This document shows, piece by piece, positions 40,401 through 50,888 of a stretch of 64,000 nucleotides of DNA (the stretch's first letter is position 1; each line of letters opens with the position of its first letter). The translations under genes were made by a program, and so were the position numbers. The DNA is from Antedon mediterranea (taxonomy: Eukaryota > Animalia > Echinodermata). The stretch lies in NCBI RefSeq assembly GCF_964355755.1, contig NC_092675.1, positions 17,642,912 through 17,706,911 of the forward strand. Direction: 5' to 3'. The notes under the pieces are model-generated. The model ran no database searches. It was given only the letters and a program-made list of their open reading frames with translations, and was not told the DNA's origin.

Positions 40401-43400
40401 ACTAGTCACAAAACAATTAATGAAAACCTGATGATAATTTCTGAATTTAAAGTGTGTGACTTATAAGTGTTATGATTAATAATTGTTTTGTATACACAGA
40501 GTGCCCAGCTGGCGTTCCTACTACACCATGCCTCATAAATCCCTGCCGTTTTGCCCAATGTCCACTTAACCAAGCTGCAAGGTGTCACAGTAACTACTGT
40601 GGTGGTTGCAATGCTGTGTTTATAGACCAAAACAATTTCCCTGTCCAGTGTACTGGTGAGTTGAAGTAAATTTCTTTTCTTTTTGATACTCCAACAACAA
40701 CAACATTCCTTTAGAAACTAACTTGCTAAGACGTGCTGTCTTGATCTTGATACTGACAACTTTTACTAATTTTTATTAAGTATACCATTATAGGCCTTGG
40801 CAAGATACTAAATTACACCATGAGGTCATTGATAGTAAAACTTAAAAGTTGCCTGATTTTTTATACCTTTACTTGGTGACAGAATGTGTATCCAGCTGGG
40901 GCAAGGAATTTTCTAGTGGAGAAACATGGATTGAAGATGGCTGCAGAGAATGCCTCTGCACAAGTAAACAAACCAAGACTTGCCGTACCATCCAATGCCC
41001 AACAAACACCGATCCTATACCAGATGGATGTCGTCTTGTGCCATCTACTGAAGGATGTTGTAACCTCAAAGTCTCTTGTGGTATGTACATTGAAATGTTA
41101 TGCATACAAAGTGTGTGTGGCTGAGCTAAGACAGCAGAACCGTAATCCATAGCCATATATTGGCAAGGGTTCAAGGCTCACCATTTACTCTGGTAATAGG
41201 TTCTGGTGGTAGAACAGGTCTTCTCTGGTAAGAACTATAAACCGTAGGCCTAGTGTACACAAAATGTCTGTGTGCACTTTAAAGGGAGTTGTGCTAATTC
41301 ACACACAGAGTGTAGAGCACCGTAGTTGACTGCACTGCACTTACAGTACATGGCGTGACCTTTAGAGGAGAAGCAAATGAACTGATTCATTATGTCAAGT
41401 ACCCCAAGTACTCATTTATTAATTTTAAATTATCTCTAAAGCAATATTTTAAAAGTCGGAGAGAAACTTTGTTACTTTTTAAATCATTTTTTTTATCTTG
41501 TGAAATGTCTATGTTATTATAGTATATATTCTTGTTATTTGTAATTTTTTGTGTTGGAGAGACACACCTTACCGGTGACAGCGTTTTGTTTAATGCTTTT
41601 GTCTCTCCTTGGCTTCGTGTCTTGTACTTCATATATATATATATTTCTATGTTTTGTAATTATTATTTCATGTTTATTGCTGAAATGAATAAAACAAAAT
41701 AAATAATAAATAAGTCCACATCACTATGAGGAATGATCATATACAAATGGATATTATCAATTTTTGTTGTGTCATCAACTGATATTTCTCACTTGTGTTT
41801 TTGTATTTTAGAATGTGAAGTAACCTCTGGTTCAAACTACTGCTTTGCATGTGCATTAGCTACATGTCCAGCTAACCCACAAGCTGCCTGCAAAGTGAAC
41901 AAATGCAATGGGTGCAATGCTGTCTTCTATGATGAGTTTGATAAGCCAGTCCATTGCCAATGTAAGTTTTATTTATCATTTAATGAGAACAAAAGGATCA
42001 ATTAGACCTTCACTAATTTTCAATTCTTACCACTGCTTTCGTTGTGTTGGACTGATTGCAATGCATGGTAATATGGTCCTTTCATATGGGTTAAATTACT
42101 TTCTAGAATCTGACCTCCAGATGAACTGTGCAGGGTAAATTAGACCTGGACGCGTAGTACGCGAATGCAATGCTAGCGTGTTTGGAACAAGTTTAGAAGG
42201 AAACATCATTGGCCACCTAGCTGCTGTAATTTGTTATGGCTTAGTCCAGGGCAGGTTTAAAGATAGTCCGGGACTAAAGATAGTTCTCTTTCATGAATAC
42301 AGCGTAGCAGATTATTAAAAAAACAATTTGGAATTAATTAAAATAATAAAATAAATATAAAGATGATAAAACACATACATACACTGTATTTGTGTCTAGA
42401 GTAGAACAATTTAAAATTCCTTTTTTTTTTTTCAGATTTGCCTCCACTTCATAACTGCCCTGCTGGATTAGATCACATGCAATGCTTCATAAACCCTTGT
42501 GCTAATGCTCAATGTGCTGCTAGACCAGATGCCCTCTGCCGTCCAAACTACTGTGGAACCTGCCATCCAGAATTCTTTGATACCAATGGACAGCTTGTGA
42601 ATTGTGATACTCGTGAGTTTTGAATTTTTAAAAATTAATCAAATTCATATTACTCACACATATGCTAGTTCTCCGATATATATTTAATCGTCAGCCCAAG
42701 TTTATAAGCACACATCATTATTATAATTTGAGTTTTAAGATACAATACAAATCTTTGGAAAGCATGGATCGCATATCTGAGAATCACAGCAACAAAGGCA
42801 GTATAACTCTATGCGATATAGTAAATAAGGGTAGTAAATGCATCATGCATAATATTATAGTATTGCTATTTTATATTTGTATAAAAGGTACTTTTAAAGA
42901 TGTATTGTCCCCCTGAAAAATTTATTCTTAACAATTTTTCTGTTGAATATGCCATTTTAATGTCATTAAATAGTTATCCACTTGACCAAAATTTTGATCG
43001 AAAAAAAAAAAGTCTTTACCTAAAAAAATGTAATTTAAAGCAAAAAATAGCTGCCAGCCTATGGGTTTTTGGTTGAATTTAACCATTTATTTTGTAATTT
43101 TATAAGTGAAGACATTCATTTTTCCTTTTTTTTTCTACAGAAATGATTAACTTTATTATAGCTACAAAATAATCTATTCTAAGTCTCTTTTTATTAATCT
43201 TTATTTTTCATGTTTTTGGGGGACAATACATCTTTAAATTAATAAAGATTGGTAAACATGAGTTTTATTTCCATAAAAATTCCAAAATGTCATTTCTGTT
43301 TGAACGTCACAGAACCTGAATGTGCTCGTGCCTGTCTAACAAACCCTTGTGAGACTGCTCAATGCCCAGATCATCCAACTGCCATCTGTAAACCAAATTA

Positions 43401-46193
43401 CTGTGGAGGATGTGTCGCAGAGTTCTTTGATGAAAACAATCGACAAGTTACATGTTCAGGTTAGTCACACAAGCTCCTAGGACTAAGTATATTATTGACG
43501 ATGATAATTATGTTAAATAACAAACGAATTCTAAACTGCCCGATTATATACTGAAACAAGAAAGAGAAAGCTGCCCCAACTGATATTCAAACTTGGAATC
43601 TTTTGCTTGATATGCAGATGTCCTAACTGTGCTTTCATGATATTATTCAATTTCGAGTGGATAAAGAATCCTAACGGCGTGGTATGGCGGACCAACACTA
43701 GTTCAAAATGATGATTAATGTGAAATAATAAAACAAATTAGTATAGTTTGTTGGAGAGGCACTTAATCAAACAGCTGTTTATTCAAATAGAGCACTTGTA
43801 GAATCTACTGTATTGGTGCTACTTTTTACAATTTTGTACATAGTATGGTTCTTTGTGGGTAAACATTAATTTAATATATCAATTTGCAGCCAATGTTTAT
43901 GTATCCCAGAATAACAGTTTGCTAATTAAACTAAGAATTAATGACATTGTTACAAAACTAACGCTTTATTATTAATTACGTTTTCAGAATGTCCACCTTC
44001 GAAGCCCAAACACTGGTGTTTCTTTAACCCATGTAATTCAGAGACTTGCTCCAACTATCCAAATGCTCTATGTCGACCAAACTCTTGCGGAGGTTGCACA
44101 GCAGAATTCTACAATTTGAATAATGAAATACTACAGTGCAGCGCGACTCCAGTGGGTCTACAGCAAGACGTCATGACCACAGAAATACCAGTCCAAGGTA
44201 TTGTCTTTTGAAACTGTATTTATGGTTTTTTTTACCATATTTTCTAATTTTTGTTTTTAACTATTGTATCGATGATGAATAAATTAGACATGTATAAAAG
44301 TGTAAACAATCAATCTTCATTAACAAGTTTAATTATTAGCCTATTAAGAATGGTCCTTTTTCATTGGAGAATGCTTTGTAAGGTGTAGAAAGCTCTCTAG
44401 TTGTATAATACATCTATGGACTCCGTTGTTGCATTACTGAATATATATACACATTGATACATACAGTACAAAGGTATAGTTCGTTTCCTAATTTTTGCCC
44501 AATGTTCTCTCAGAAACCGAAAGCCCATGTAATCCACTGATCGTAAAGTACTTGACCAGTCCAATTGAAACCAGTTTCACACCACGTTGTGCATCTGATG
44601 GCTACTTCTCACCAAAGCAGTGTGATGGTAGAGGATCCTGTTGGTGTACTGATCCAAGCGGTCAACAGGTCAATAGCTTCATTAATGGTGAAGAACAGGC
44701 CTCCAACCTCGAATGTGCTGACAGTAAGTCATTTTTTTATTTGATTTATTTTTATACCATACATAAAGAAAACAAACAAAGATCAGGGTTAGCCTTCTAA
44801 ATCACTAAAAGGGCAATACATTCTGAGGGCTCTCCTTAAACATAAAACCAATGCATTCTGACAAAAAAAAATTGATAAATTGTAGATAAAATACAAAAAA
44901 AAAAGGAAGAAAGGTTCGTAAACAATTTCTTTCGAAGGTACCGGTAAGATCTTGAGGTTAAAAAGATAAAATTGATAAAAAGCTGAATACTAAAAATATA
45001 TTATTAAGTCTATGTACATAGAGTTATTCATTAACAATTTCTTTCTTTATATCCTCATTTTATTATTCTAGTTTATATCTGGTTTTTCTCATAAATTGTA
45101 AACATTCTGGGGAAAAACTGCTAAATAATATTGTATATTTTATATCATTTAAAAAAGCAGAATAAGTCAGTATGATTTTGTAGATATCAAATTCATAAAT
45201 CACCCTTTTACGCCTTCTATAATTCATAAAAAAAAAAATTCATATCATAGTTAATGTTTGTCCACAGCACCATGTCTTCAAGCTCGAATTGAAGCACAAA
45301 ACAAAATAAATCGTGGAGAACAATCTGTGTGGATGCCTGACTGTGACTCGGAAAGTGTCTTTGAGGAAGAACAATGCAATGATGTAGACTGCTGGTGTGT
45401 GGAGTCAGATGGAACTAAAATTCCATATTCAGCAAGACCAATCAGTGTTGACATCTCTTGTGGTAAGCTATATTCATTGAAAAGTAGTTTTAGTTTTTAA
45501 TAATACATAAGGCATATAAACACATTTTGAATTTTAAATGTTCTTAGTAATAATTATTCATATATTATAACTAGACAAGATATAACAAGACATAAAGGCA
45601 ACATTATAAAGTTGTTAACCAAACCTCGCTATTTCAATTCAAATTCACTTAAATTCTTGTTTTATATATATATATATATAAATTTTACACTCAGTACAAA
45701 AAAAACTAACATTACATTTAGATTATCTCTAAAACAAAATTTGATTCCAGGCAAACACATTTAAAATACAATTTTTTTTAAAAAGGGTACAAAGCTGAGA
45801 CGATCAAACGATTTTAAAAATCTATTTAACCTTTAACACTATTGTTTTCTTTTGTTCTGAACACAACCCTATATATCCATCCCTAAAACACACAGCATAT
45901 ACAGTAGGTGTATTAAATGATAAATAAAATAATAAATATCACTGCTTGCCAGTCTCTGTCATCAAATGATAGGAACAGTTGATTAAATTACACTCTTTAA
46001 TTACTTGCAAGGCATGTATATATTTACTTTAATGAAAATGTCTTTTTTTGTTATAGATGAAATTTGTTTTGGTCAACTACCCTCTTCTAATAATGTGTGT
46101 ACTATGAATGATTCTTGTGATCCTGGTAATTTCTGTCATAAACTTGAAGGCAAACAACAAGGACGATGTTGTAAAATTCCAAGGAACATTTAA
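153..46193 (+). CDS. Giant multi-exon cysteine-rich modular protein (WAP / VWC / antistasin / thyroglobulin type-1; kielin/chordin- or CRIM1-like domain content), 5'-partial, probably secreted
   Basis: About 82 GT-AG bounded exons join in frame; each internal exon I measured is a multiple of 3 with phase-1 ends (e.g. 153-362, 473-613, 703-849, 1244-1408, 1815-2024, 12435-12632, 33927-34115, 45268-45462). Last coding exon 46057-46196 contains TAA at 46191-46193. No start codon or signal peptide in the window, no transmembrane segment at the C terminus. Rough size in window >4,000 aa. Confidence 0.9.
1815..9421 (+). CDS. Thirteen VWC (von Willebrand factor C) domain exons with one interspersed WAP exon (5538-5681)
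   Basis: Repeated C...Y-x-x-G-x-x-W-x-x-D-x-C-x-x-C-x-C-x-x-G-x-x-x-C...CP...C...G-x-CCP-x3-C in ~200 bp exons, e.g. CTHEGSQYFDSETWQPDTCTLCTCEKGVTKCHVMSCPPIKQGCTAQFVDGKCCPQITC. Confidence 0.9.
9530..9815 (+). mobile_element. tRNA-derived SINE, dispersed family (other copies approx. 27515-27697 +, 41115-41285 +, 32700-32915 -, 39340-39612 -, head only 3355-3430 +)
   Basis: B-box-like GGTTCGAGGC after an A-box-like TGGCTGAGCGG head, followed by shared body TTCTGGTGGTAGAACGAGTCTTCTCGGATAA-GACTATAAACCGTAGGTCC...GCACTTTAAAGAACCTAGTACATCTT seen in several diverged copies on both strands. Confidence 0.75.
9861..12132 (+). CDS. Four WAP domain exons
   Basis: Exons starting at 9861, 10324, 10833, 11986, e.g. 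KTGVCPMIQPQGICQSNIDVCSLDNECTANKKCCFNGCFMEC. Confidence 0.88.
12435..34115 (+). CDS. Array of about 43 antistasin-like domains on 41 exons
   Basis: Each ~90-210 bp exon encodes C-x(4-9)-C-x(3-7)-C-x-x-G-[YFL]-A-T-[DN]-x-x-GC-E-I-C-x-C; exons 12435-12632 and 20841-21047 carry two domains each. Confidence 0.9.
14552..14677. mobile_element. PIF/Harbinger-like MITE family A, complete copy
   Basis: TIR AGCTCTGTCTACA(C/T)TATCAAAC / GTTTGATAGTGT-GACA-AGCT with TTA on both flanks; internal CAAATATGGTAGTGATATG repeats. Partial copies near 2960-3065, 5775-5860, 13270-13385, 16295-16343, 16665-16690, 29146-29170, 37995-38128. Confidence 0.8.
22197..22299. mobile_element. MITE family A, complete copy
   Basis: AGCTCTGTCTACACTATCAAA ... 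TTTGATAGTGTAGACAGAGGT, flanked by TAA/TTA. Confidence 0.8.
22840..26104 (+). mobile_element. Head-to-tail pair of non-autonomous Helentron/Helitron-like (HINE/DINE-1-type) elements
   Basis: 5' subterminal repeat AGGTTATATGCAT (22840-22852) with adjacent inverted copy (22857-22869), (TTTA)n, ~1.4 kb body, 3' subterminal ATGCATATAACCT, hairpin AATTCGTCA-TAG-TGACGAATT and terminal CTAG at 24682-24685; body and 3' end repeated at 24686-26104. Confidence 0.8.
31639..32140 (+). repeat. Intronic minisatellite, ~59 bp unit with ~28 bp sub-unit, about 8 copies
   Basis: Recurring TAGACCAAGTCATAAATGATATTAAAACCACTATTGTAC(C/A)A(G/A)GTCACTA starting at the splice donor of the exon ending at 31638. Confidence 0.9.
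33726..33869. mobile_element. Short Harbinger-like MITE
   Basis: Imperfect TIR AGCTTGGTTCCCATTAAGACACAA / TTGCGTCCTAGTGGAAACCAAGCT; TTA on the left flank. Confidence 0.6.
34573..38372 (+). CDS. WAP exon (34573-34716), five VWC exons and a thyroglobulin type-1 exon (36594-36845)
   Basis: Thyroglobulin motif PVCTANGFYEGKQCHPSTGFCWCADPFGKEI (QC...CWCxD); VWC and WAP cysteine patterns as above. Confidence 0.88.
37570..37726. mobile_element. MITE family A, complete copy
   Basis: ATCTCTGTCTACACTATCAAAC ... GTAGACAGAGGT with TAA/TTA flanks and two internal ~22 bp repeats. Confidence 0.75.
38624..44197 (+). CDS. Six exons of an unnamed 8-cysteine module interleaved with three VWC-type exons
   Basis: Exons 38624-38779, 40500-40655, 41812-41961, 42436-42612, 43313-43459, 43988-44197 share C...C-x-x-NPC-x4-CP-x-x-P-x-A-x-C-x-x-NYCGGC-x-A-x-F-x-[DN]-x4-V-x-C; VWC exons at 39087-39218, 40033-40248, 40883-41080. 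Confidence 0.85.
39717..39871. mobile_element. Short Harbinger-like MITE
   Basis: TIR AGGGTCTTTAACA / TGTGAAAGACCCT with TAA on both sides; inner inverted repeat ATCAATGTTTCGTTTTCATG / CGTGAAAATGAAACATTGAT. Confidence 0.7.
42898..43233. mobile_element. Kolobok-like non-autonomous DNA transposon
   Basis: Perfect 16 bp TIR AGATGTATTGTCCCCC / GGGGGACAATACATCT with TTAA on both flanks; AG...CT ends with TTAA duplication fit Kolobok rather than piggyBac (CC ends). Confidence 0.75.
44514..45462 (+). CDS. Two thyroglobulin type-1 domain exons (44514-44723, 45268-45462)
   Basis: FTPRCASDGYFSPKQCDGRGSCWCTDPSG and WMPDCDSESVFEEEQCNDVDCWCVESDG match the P-x-C...QC...CWCV signature. Confidence 0.88.
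46057..46193 (+). CDS. Terminal coding exon, lustrin/WR1-like six-cysteine module
   Basis: EICFGQLPSSNNVCTMNDSCDPGNFCHKLEGKQQGRCCKIPRNI-stop; C-x-G-x-x-P...C...C-x-x-G-x-x-C...CC pattern. Family assignment is from memory of the pattern only. Confidence 0.65.
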
Positions 46194-46869
46194 GATGTAA
46201 GTTTTCAATTGAGTTTTGGCAATATTACACAACAGCATCCAATAAAATCAGAAGATTGATAACAAAAATACATTTACAGTAGCCTGTTGTGTTGTTTTGT
46301 TGAAGGTGGCATGAATCAGCTCTTGCTGGCTGGGTCACCCTTGAAATAATCCATTGAAATAACCTAAAATTATACAAACAGTGTCAAAACAAAACAGGAC
46401 ATAAAACTTAGTCATTATGTTGTCAATGCAAGTAACCAAAAAGGAAATATAATTTCCTCTATTGTGTAACAGAGTAGTTGAAAACAAGCACAGTAATACA
46501 TTCATGTCAGTTTCCTTACTGATAACAAAAAAAACAGGATAGAGAACAAAGACTGAAAGATCCTAAATTAATACACACCACAAGTGCTGGCAGCCCCTTA
46601 TGTAATTGCTATTTTTTCCTCCATGGTGTGATCAACTACTGCTCTAAATCTATTGGACAAAAGAATGAATTTCAAAGTATTTCAGATAATCCATATAACA
46701 TTACTATTCATATGAAATAGTTAAAATAAATATTACAACTATAACAATTATGTGTAAACTAGACATGATGAATGATATGAACATACATATTTAAAAGGAA
46801 GATAAGTTAGGCATTGCTATTTACAGTTACTAAGGGTGGGGCTAATGCTGTGTGAACAACACAATAAAG

Positions 46870-47365
46870 TAATTTTAGCCAATTTATTTATGGGTCATCA
46901 TGAACAAACATGGTTAAAGAACTTCTCACAAGCTTCGGTCATGTTTTACCGTCGTTATGTTGATGACATTTTTTGTTTATTCAATACAAAAGATGATGCA
47001 AATACTTTCTTTGACTATATTAACGATCAGCACCCCAACATAAAGTTCACAATTGAATATGAGATTGACCATTGTCTTCCGTTTTTAGATATAATGTTAA
47101 ACAATAATGGTTCTTCTGTCGTAACTTCGGTCTTCAGAAAGCCTACCTTCACGGGTCTCCTCACTAATTTTAACAGTTTCACTTCCTTTTCTTACAAAAT
47201 TGTGCTTGTTTATACTTTGATTGACAGAGTTTACAAATTGAATAATTCCTGGTCTAGCTTTAACAATGAAATTTCAACTCTTAAAACCATTTTAAGTAAA
47301 AACTGTTTTCCACTCAGTATAATTAATGACAATATTTACAGATATCTTACTAATATCGATATAAA
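46870..47365 (+). mobile_element. Penelope-like retroelement reverse transcriptase fragment
   Basis: ORF 46836-47435 contains ANLFMGHHE, RYVDDIF, HPNIKFTIEYE, LPFLDI, VFRKPTFTG: RT motifs 4-7 and thumb typical of Penelope-like elements; both ends truncated, no GIY-YIG part. Confidence 0.8.
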
Positions 47366-47755
47366 TCTTCAACCATCTTTAATATTTATTACCAAAATTG
47401 GTAGGCATATAGGGCTACGTGTTCCATTTTGCTGAATCGGAATTAATTTTAAGTATACAATTGTTATACGTCAGTATAAACTGTACTTATACTCGACGCA
47501 AAGTATATTATAAATTATACCTCCGTGATTGGACCCTCATAACATATGCATGTAATTATCAAAAATGTAAAATATTACATATTTAAATGACATGCAAAAC
47601 ACAATATTATATCCAGTACATATAAAACTTAAGTCACTGAAAATATGCATGCAAACAAAAATAAAGGCCTTAGTATATCAGGATATAAATTGTAAATGAA
47701 AGTTTAAAGGAATGAATGTTAAATTCTAACATAATAATTCTTTTTTTCTCTCCAG

Positions 47756-48085
47756 ATAAATAGTACTGTACTGTAGTTTATGCTAGATTAGCATTATATT
47801 GGACCATCATCACCATGACAATGGATTTGAAGACCAGAAGATTTTTTTCTGAGTTCAATTTTGATTAAATGTATCTAGTATGTAGAACATTTGGATAAAC
47901 ACTATATTATATGCATTCTTTTAGATATTTCTTATTGTGTGTCGTGGGGACTCTACCACTGTATATTTGACTCTGACCACATATTTTTTTGTTGGCGTTT
48001 CATATTTACATTATAATGCATCTTTGTTAAAATGCTGTTTTGAATAATAATCGATTAATAAATTTTTAAAAAGGTATATACTTCT
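47756..48085 (+). other. Probable non-coding 3'UTR exon of the giant gene
   Basis: GTAAGT donor at 46197, 3 nt after the stop; strong pyrimidine tract plus CAG at 47738-47755; AATAAA at 48057-48062 followed by T/GT-rich sequence. Confidence 0.6.
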
Positions 48086-48154
48086 ATTGTAATTTTATAT
48101 TTCATCGTCGTTTTGTATGGTTCATGAACAATTATGTTGATGATGACTAAAAGA

Positions 48155-48226
48155 ACATGCTGATGAAAAAAAAATGTTGATGAAAAAAAATGTTGATGGA
48201 AAAAAACATGTTGATTGAAAAAAAAC
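48155..48226 (+). repeat. Short tandem repeat, ~16 bp x4
   Basis: ATG(C/T)TGATGAAAAAAAA repeated four times. Confidence 0.7.
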
Positions 48227-48939
48227 AATTGAAGCTGACAAAGATTTTTTTACTAAGCCTAACATATAGAATATATTCATGTGATGAGGGTTACCAGCAC
48301 GTTTTGGCATTGTTAGATCAATCCCACACAGCTTTTGTACAAATGCAATTTGTTTACCCACAATATGATACCAAATGCTGATTGTGGAAGTGAATACAGT
48401 ATGTAAATTAGGATTTTGGCCTTTGTTGATGAATCAATCATGATCTGAAAATATCCAAATGAAACAGAAGAAAATAAACAATAAGGTACTAGAAGACCTG
48501 AAGTGCCTGAAATTATAAATAAGGATAAAATGAGAAGTGATTATATTTCTCTGTTTTGAAAAAGTAAGAGCATGCTCCGCTGCATGGTTTTGTCCCCGAG
48601 AAAGAAGTTGTTACACACGAGAATTATTGACACTAGGTTGAAGCTATTTTGCATGTTTTATTTATAACTTCCCATGTTTATATATATTGTACTCATATTC
48701 GCAAGTTAAACAAAAGGTTTATAATTAGGATGATTTTTTATCTGGTGGATATGATAAAAATATGTACAGTATTTACTTTCAACAATTGTAATTCTCTCCG
48801 ATGATATTTCAGATACTATATAATGAAATTATGGAAAATAAATGACTATTATAATATTCTGAAACTATTTCTTTCTTGGAATTATTTAGATCCTGACCCA
48901 TATTATTATTCCAATTATCTAAATGTCATCATCGACATC

Positions 48940-49181
48940 CATCGTGACGTATTGGGTCCAAAAACTATTTTTCTAGAATAACTTTCCTTTATCTGTAATT
49001 ACGTCACAAAGGATGACATCATTTCAAAAAATAAATTAGGAAGTGACACGTCACCACAACATATAAAAAGAAGGAAATCGGGTGTCGGTCTCAAAACGAA
49101 GTGCAATCGTCGTGCGTTACGTTTGTTTCGAAAACTTGATTGAAAATTGTTTGTTAGAAATCACTTAATAAATAACATTTG
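48940..49181 (+). promoter_or_regulatory. Probable polyubiquitin promoter and non-coding first exon (~49090-49181)
   Basis: CRE-like TGACGT (48945) and TTACGTCA (48999), heat-shock-element core TTCTAGAA (48971-48978), GGAAGT (49039), TATAAAA (49062-49068), CpG-rich leader, GTAAGT donor at 49182, matching acceptor CAG at 52867-52869 six bases before the ATG. A single 5'UTR intron is the usual animal polyubiquitin layout. Confidence 0.7.
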
Positions 49182-49723
49182 GTAAGTTGTTTTATAACTA
49201 ACTCGATATATAATATGTATATTAATAATACTGTATGTGATATTTTGTCTAATAGTTTAGTATTTTATTCGTATTTTGTGTGTAAATGTACAGAGAGGTG
49301 ACACGCACACGTCACTAGGCCTAGGCTAGCTAGGCCTCTTTTTTGTTTGGTTTTGTTGTGACGCACAAACAAAAGGGCGAACCACGACCGTGCCAACAAG
49401 CCACCCGAGTGGACTTCCCTTTGTTTTCTGATGATTGAGCAATATTAAAAAATGCTTTGTTGTTTGTCCTGATTATTTAACTTCATTAAACGCATTTAAG
49501 CTTTAAATTTTAAGTAATTAGTTTTAGAAAAAAAAAACTCTTTTTATAATACTGTAATGAATGTAGGCCTAGGCCTAAAGTGTAAATAAAATTTAAAAAA
49601 AGTATGCTAGGCCTAGCTAGGCAGTTACCTCGGTGTAGAGCGAGTAGGATTTAATATCGCCGTGGCTAAAGATACGATACCGTATTCTAACTTCCGTTTG
49701 CTAAAGGTATGGTAAAAAAAAAT

Positions 49724-50618
49724 GGCGCTAGTTCCGTTTCGCACCTGTCGTTTATTTCGACTCAAAATTGGTTAAGTAACTTTATCGTGAGTACCACACC
49801 TTAGAATTAGGCCTCAAAAATATTTTTACGAAGGAGATCACACAAAAAGTAAAAAATAAATCCTTTAAATTGATGAATTTACTGATATGTTTCTCGCACA
49901 TCGGTTCGTGAATTTCGCATACTCCATGTTCAATGTTGTTGTTTCTATGGAGCGCCAAAAGAGCAATCATGATAGAGGGCTAAAAACTCAGTAAATTGCG
50001 TATATTTAATGCATTTATTATGGTGAAAATTACGATCAATTTTATCATATTTTGTCAATGTCAATGCAACAAAAATATTACTGTTGATACTGTACATGGT
50101 TTTTGCAGGAACTTTTAGGAATGAAAATCGACAAATTCATCATCATATTACATGTACTGTAGGGGTATACCTGATCTAAATAATATTCCTCTTAGTCTTA
50201 CTCTTAGGTCTAGGGTTGGTTGCTATTTGAAAACAGCAAATTATTAGCACTAAAATGTTACAGCATTTTTATTGACAAAATATATTAAAATTAAACGTGT
50301 ATTTCAATAATAAAATATTCATTAAAAGAAGACGCATTCCACTGAGTTTTTAACCATCTATTCTTGTTGCTCTTTTGGCGCTCCATAGAAACGAAAATAT
50401 TGAACTTCGAGTATGCTAAATTCGCGAACGGTATGCGAGAAACATGTCTGTAAAATCATCAATTTAAGGATTTATTTGTTACTTTTTATGTGATTCTTCT
50501 TCATAAAAGTACTTATGAGGCCCAATTTTAAGGTGTGGTATTCACAATAAGTTGCTTTTAACAATTTGGAGTCAAAAGGAAGTCGAAATAAAAACAGGTG
50601 CGAAACGGAACTAGCGCC
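49724..50618. mobile_element. Merlin-like (or Mutator-like) foldback element with ~250 bp inverted arms
   Basis: Ends GGCGCTAGTTCCGTTTCGCACCTG / CAGGTGCGAAACGGAACTAGCGCC; arms stay similar for ~250 bp; 8 bp direct repeat AAAAAAAT on both flanks; GG-N-R-M terminus. Confidence 0.8.
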
Positions 50619-50888
50619 AAAAAAATTACATTACGTCATAATCAGCCAATGGGGTGCTGGTACGTCATTGTATAAGGACAGTCACTGTGTTCGGACGTAA
50701 AATCAGTTACACATGTAACTTTACATGTGTAATCAGTGATCGTTCGGACGATGAACAATTTACACGTAAACTAACAAAAAATTGCTCCTTATCTTGCAGT
50801 TAATCAGCTTGCGGTTTAAGGTGTAATTGAAAAATACACCTCATGAGGTGAATTTTTAATTTTATTTACACCACACGCGACCATTACA

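Noticed and set aside
156-46193. Dozens of short Cys-rich ORFs in the ORF track as separate small genes
   Set aside because: Each is one exon read into flanking intron; the Cys-rich part is bounded by AG and GT and the pieces splice in frame.
153-46193. Naming the giant gene CRIM1, KCP or BMPER
   Set aside because: No IGFBP or transmembrane segment, no VWD domain seen, and WAP/thyroglobulin domains are foreign to those proteins; only domain content is shared.
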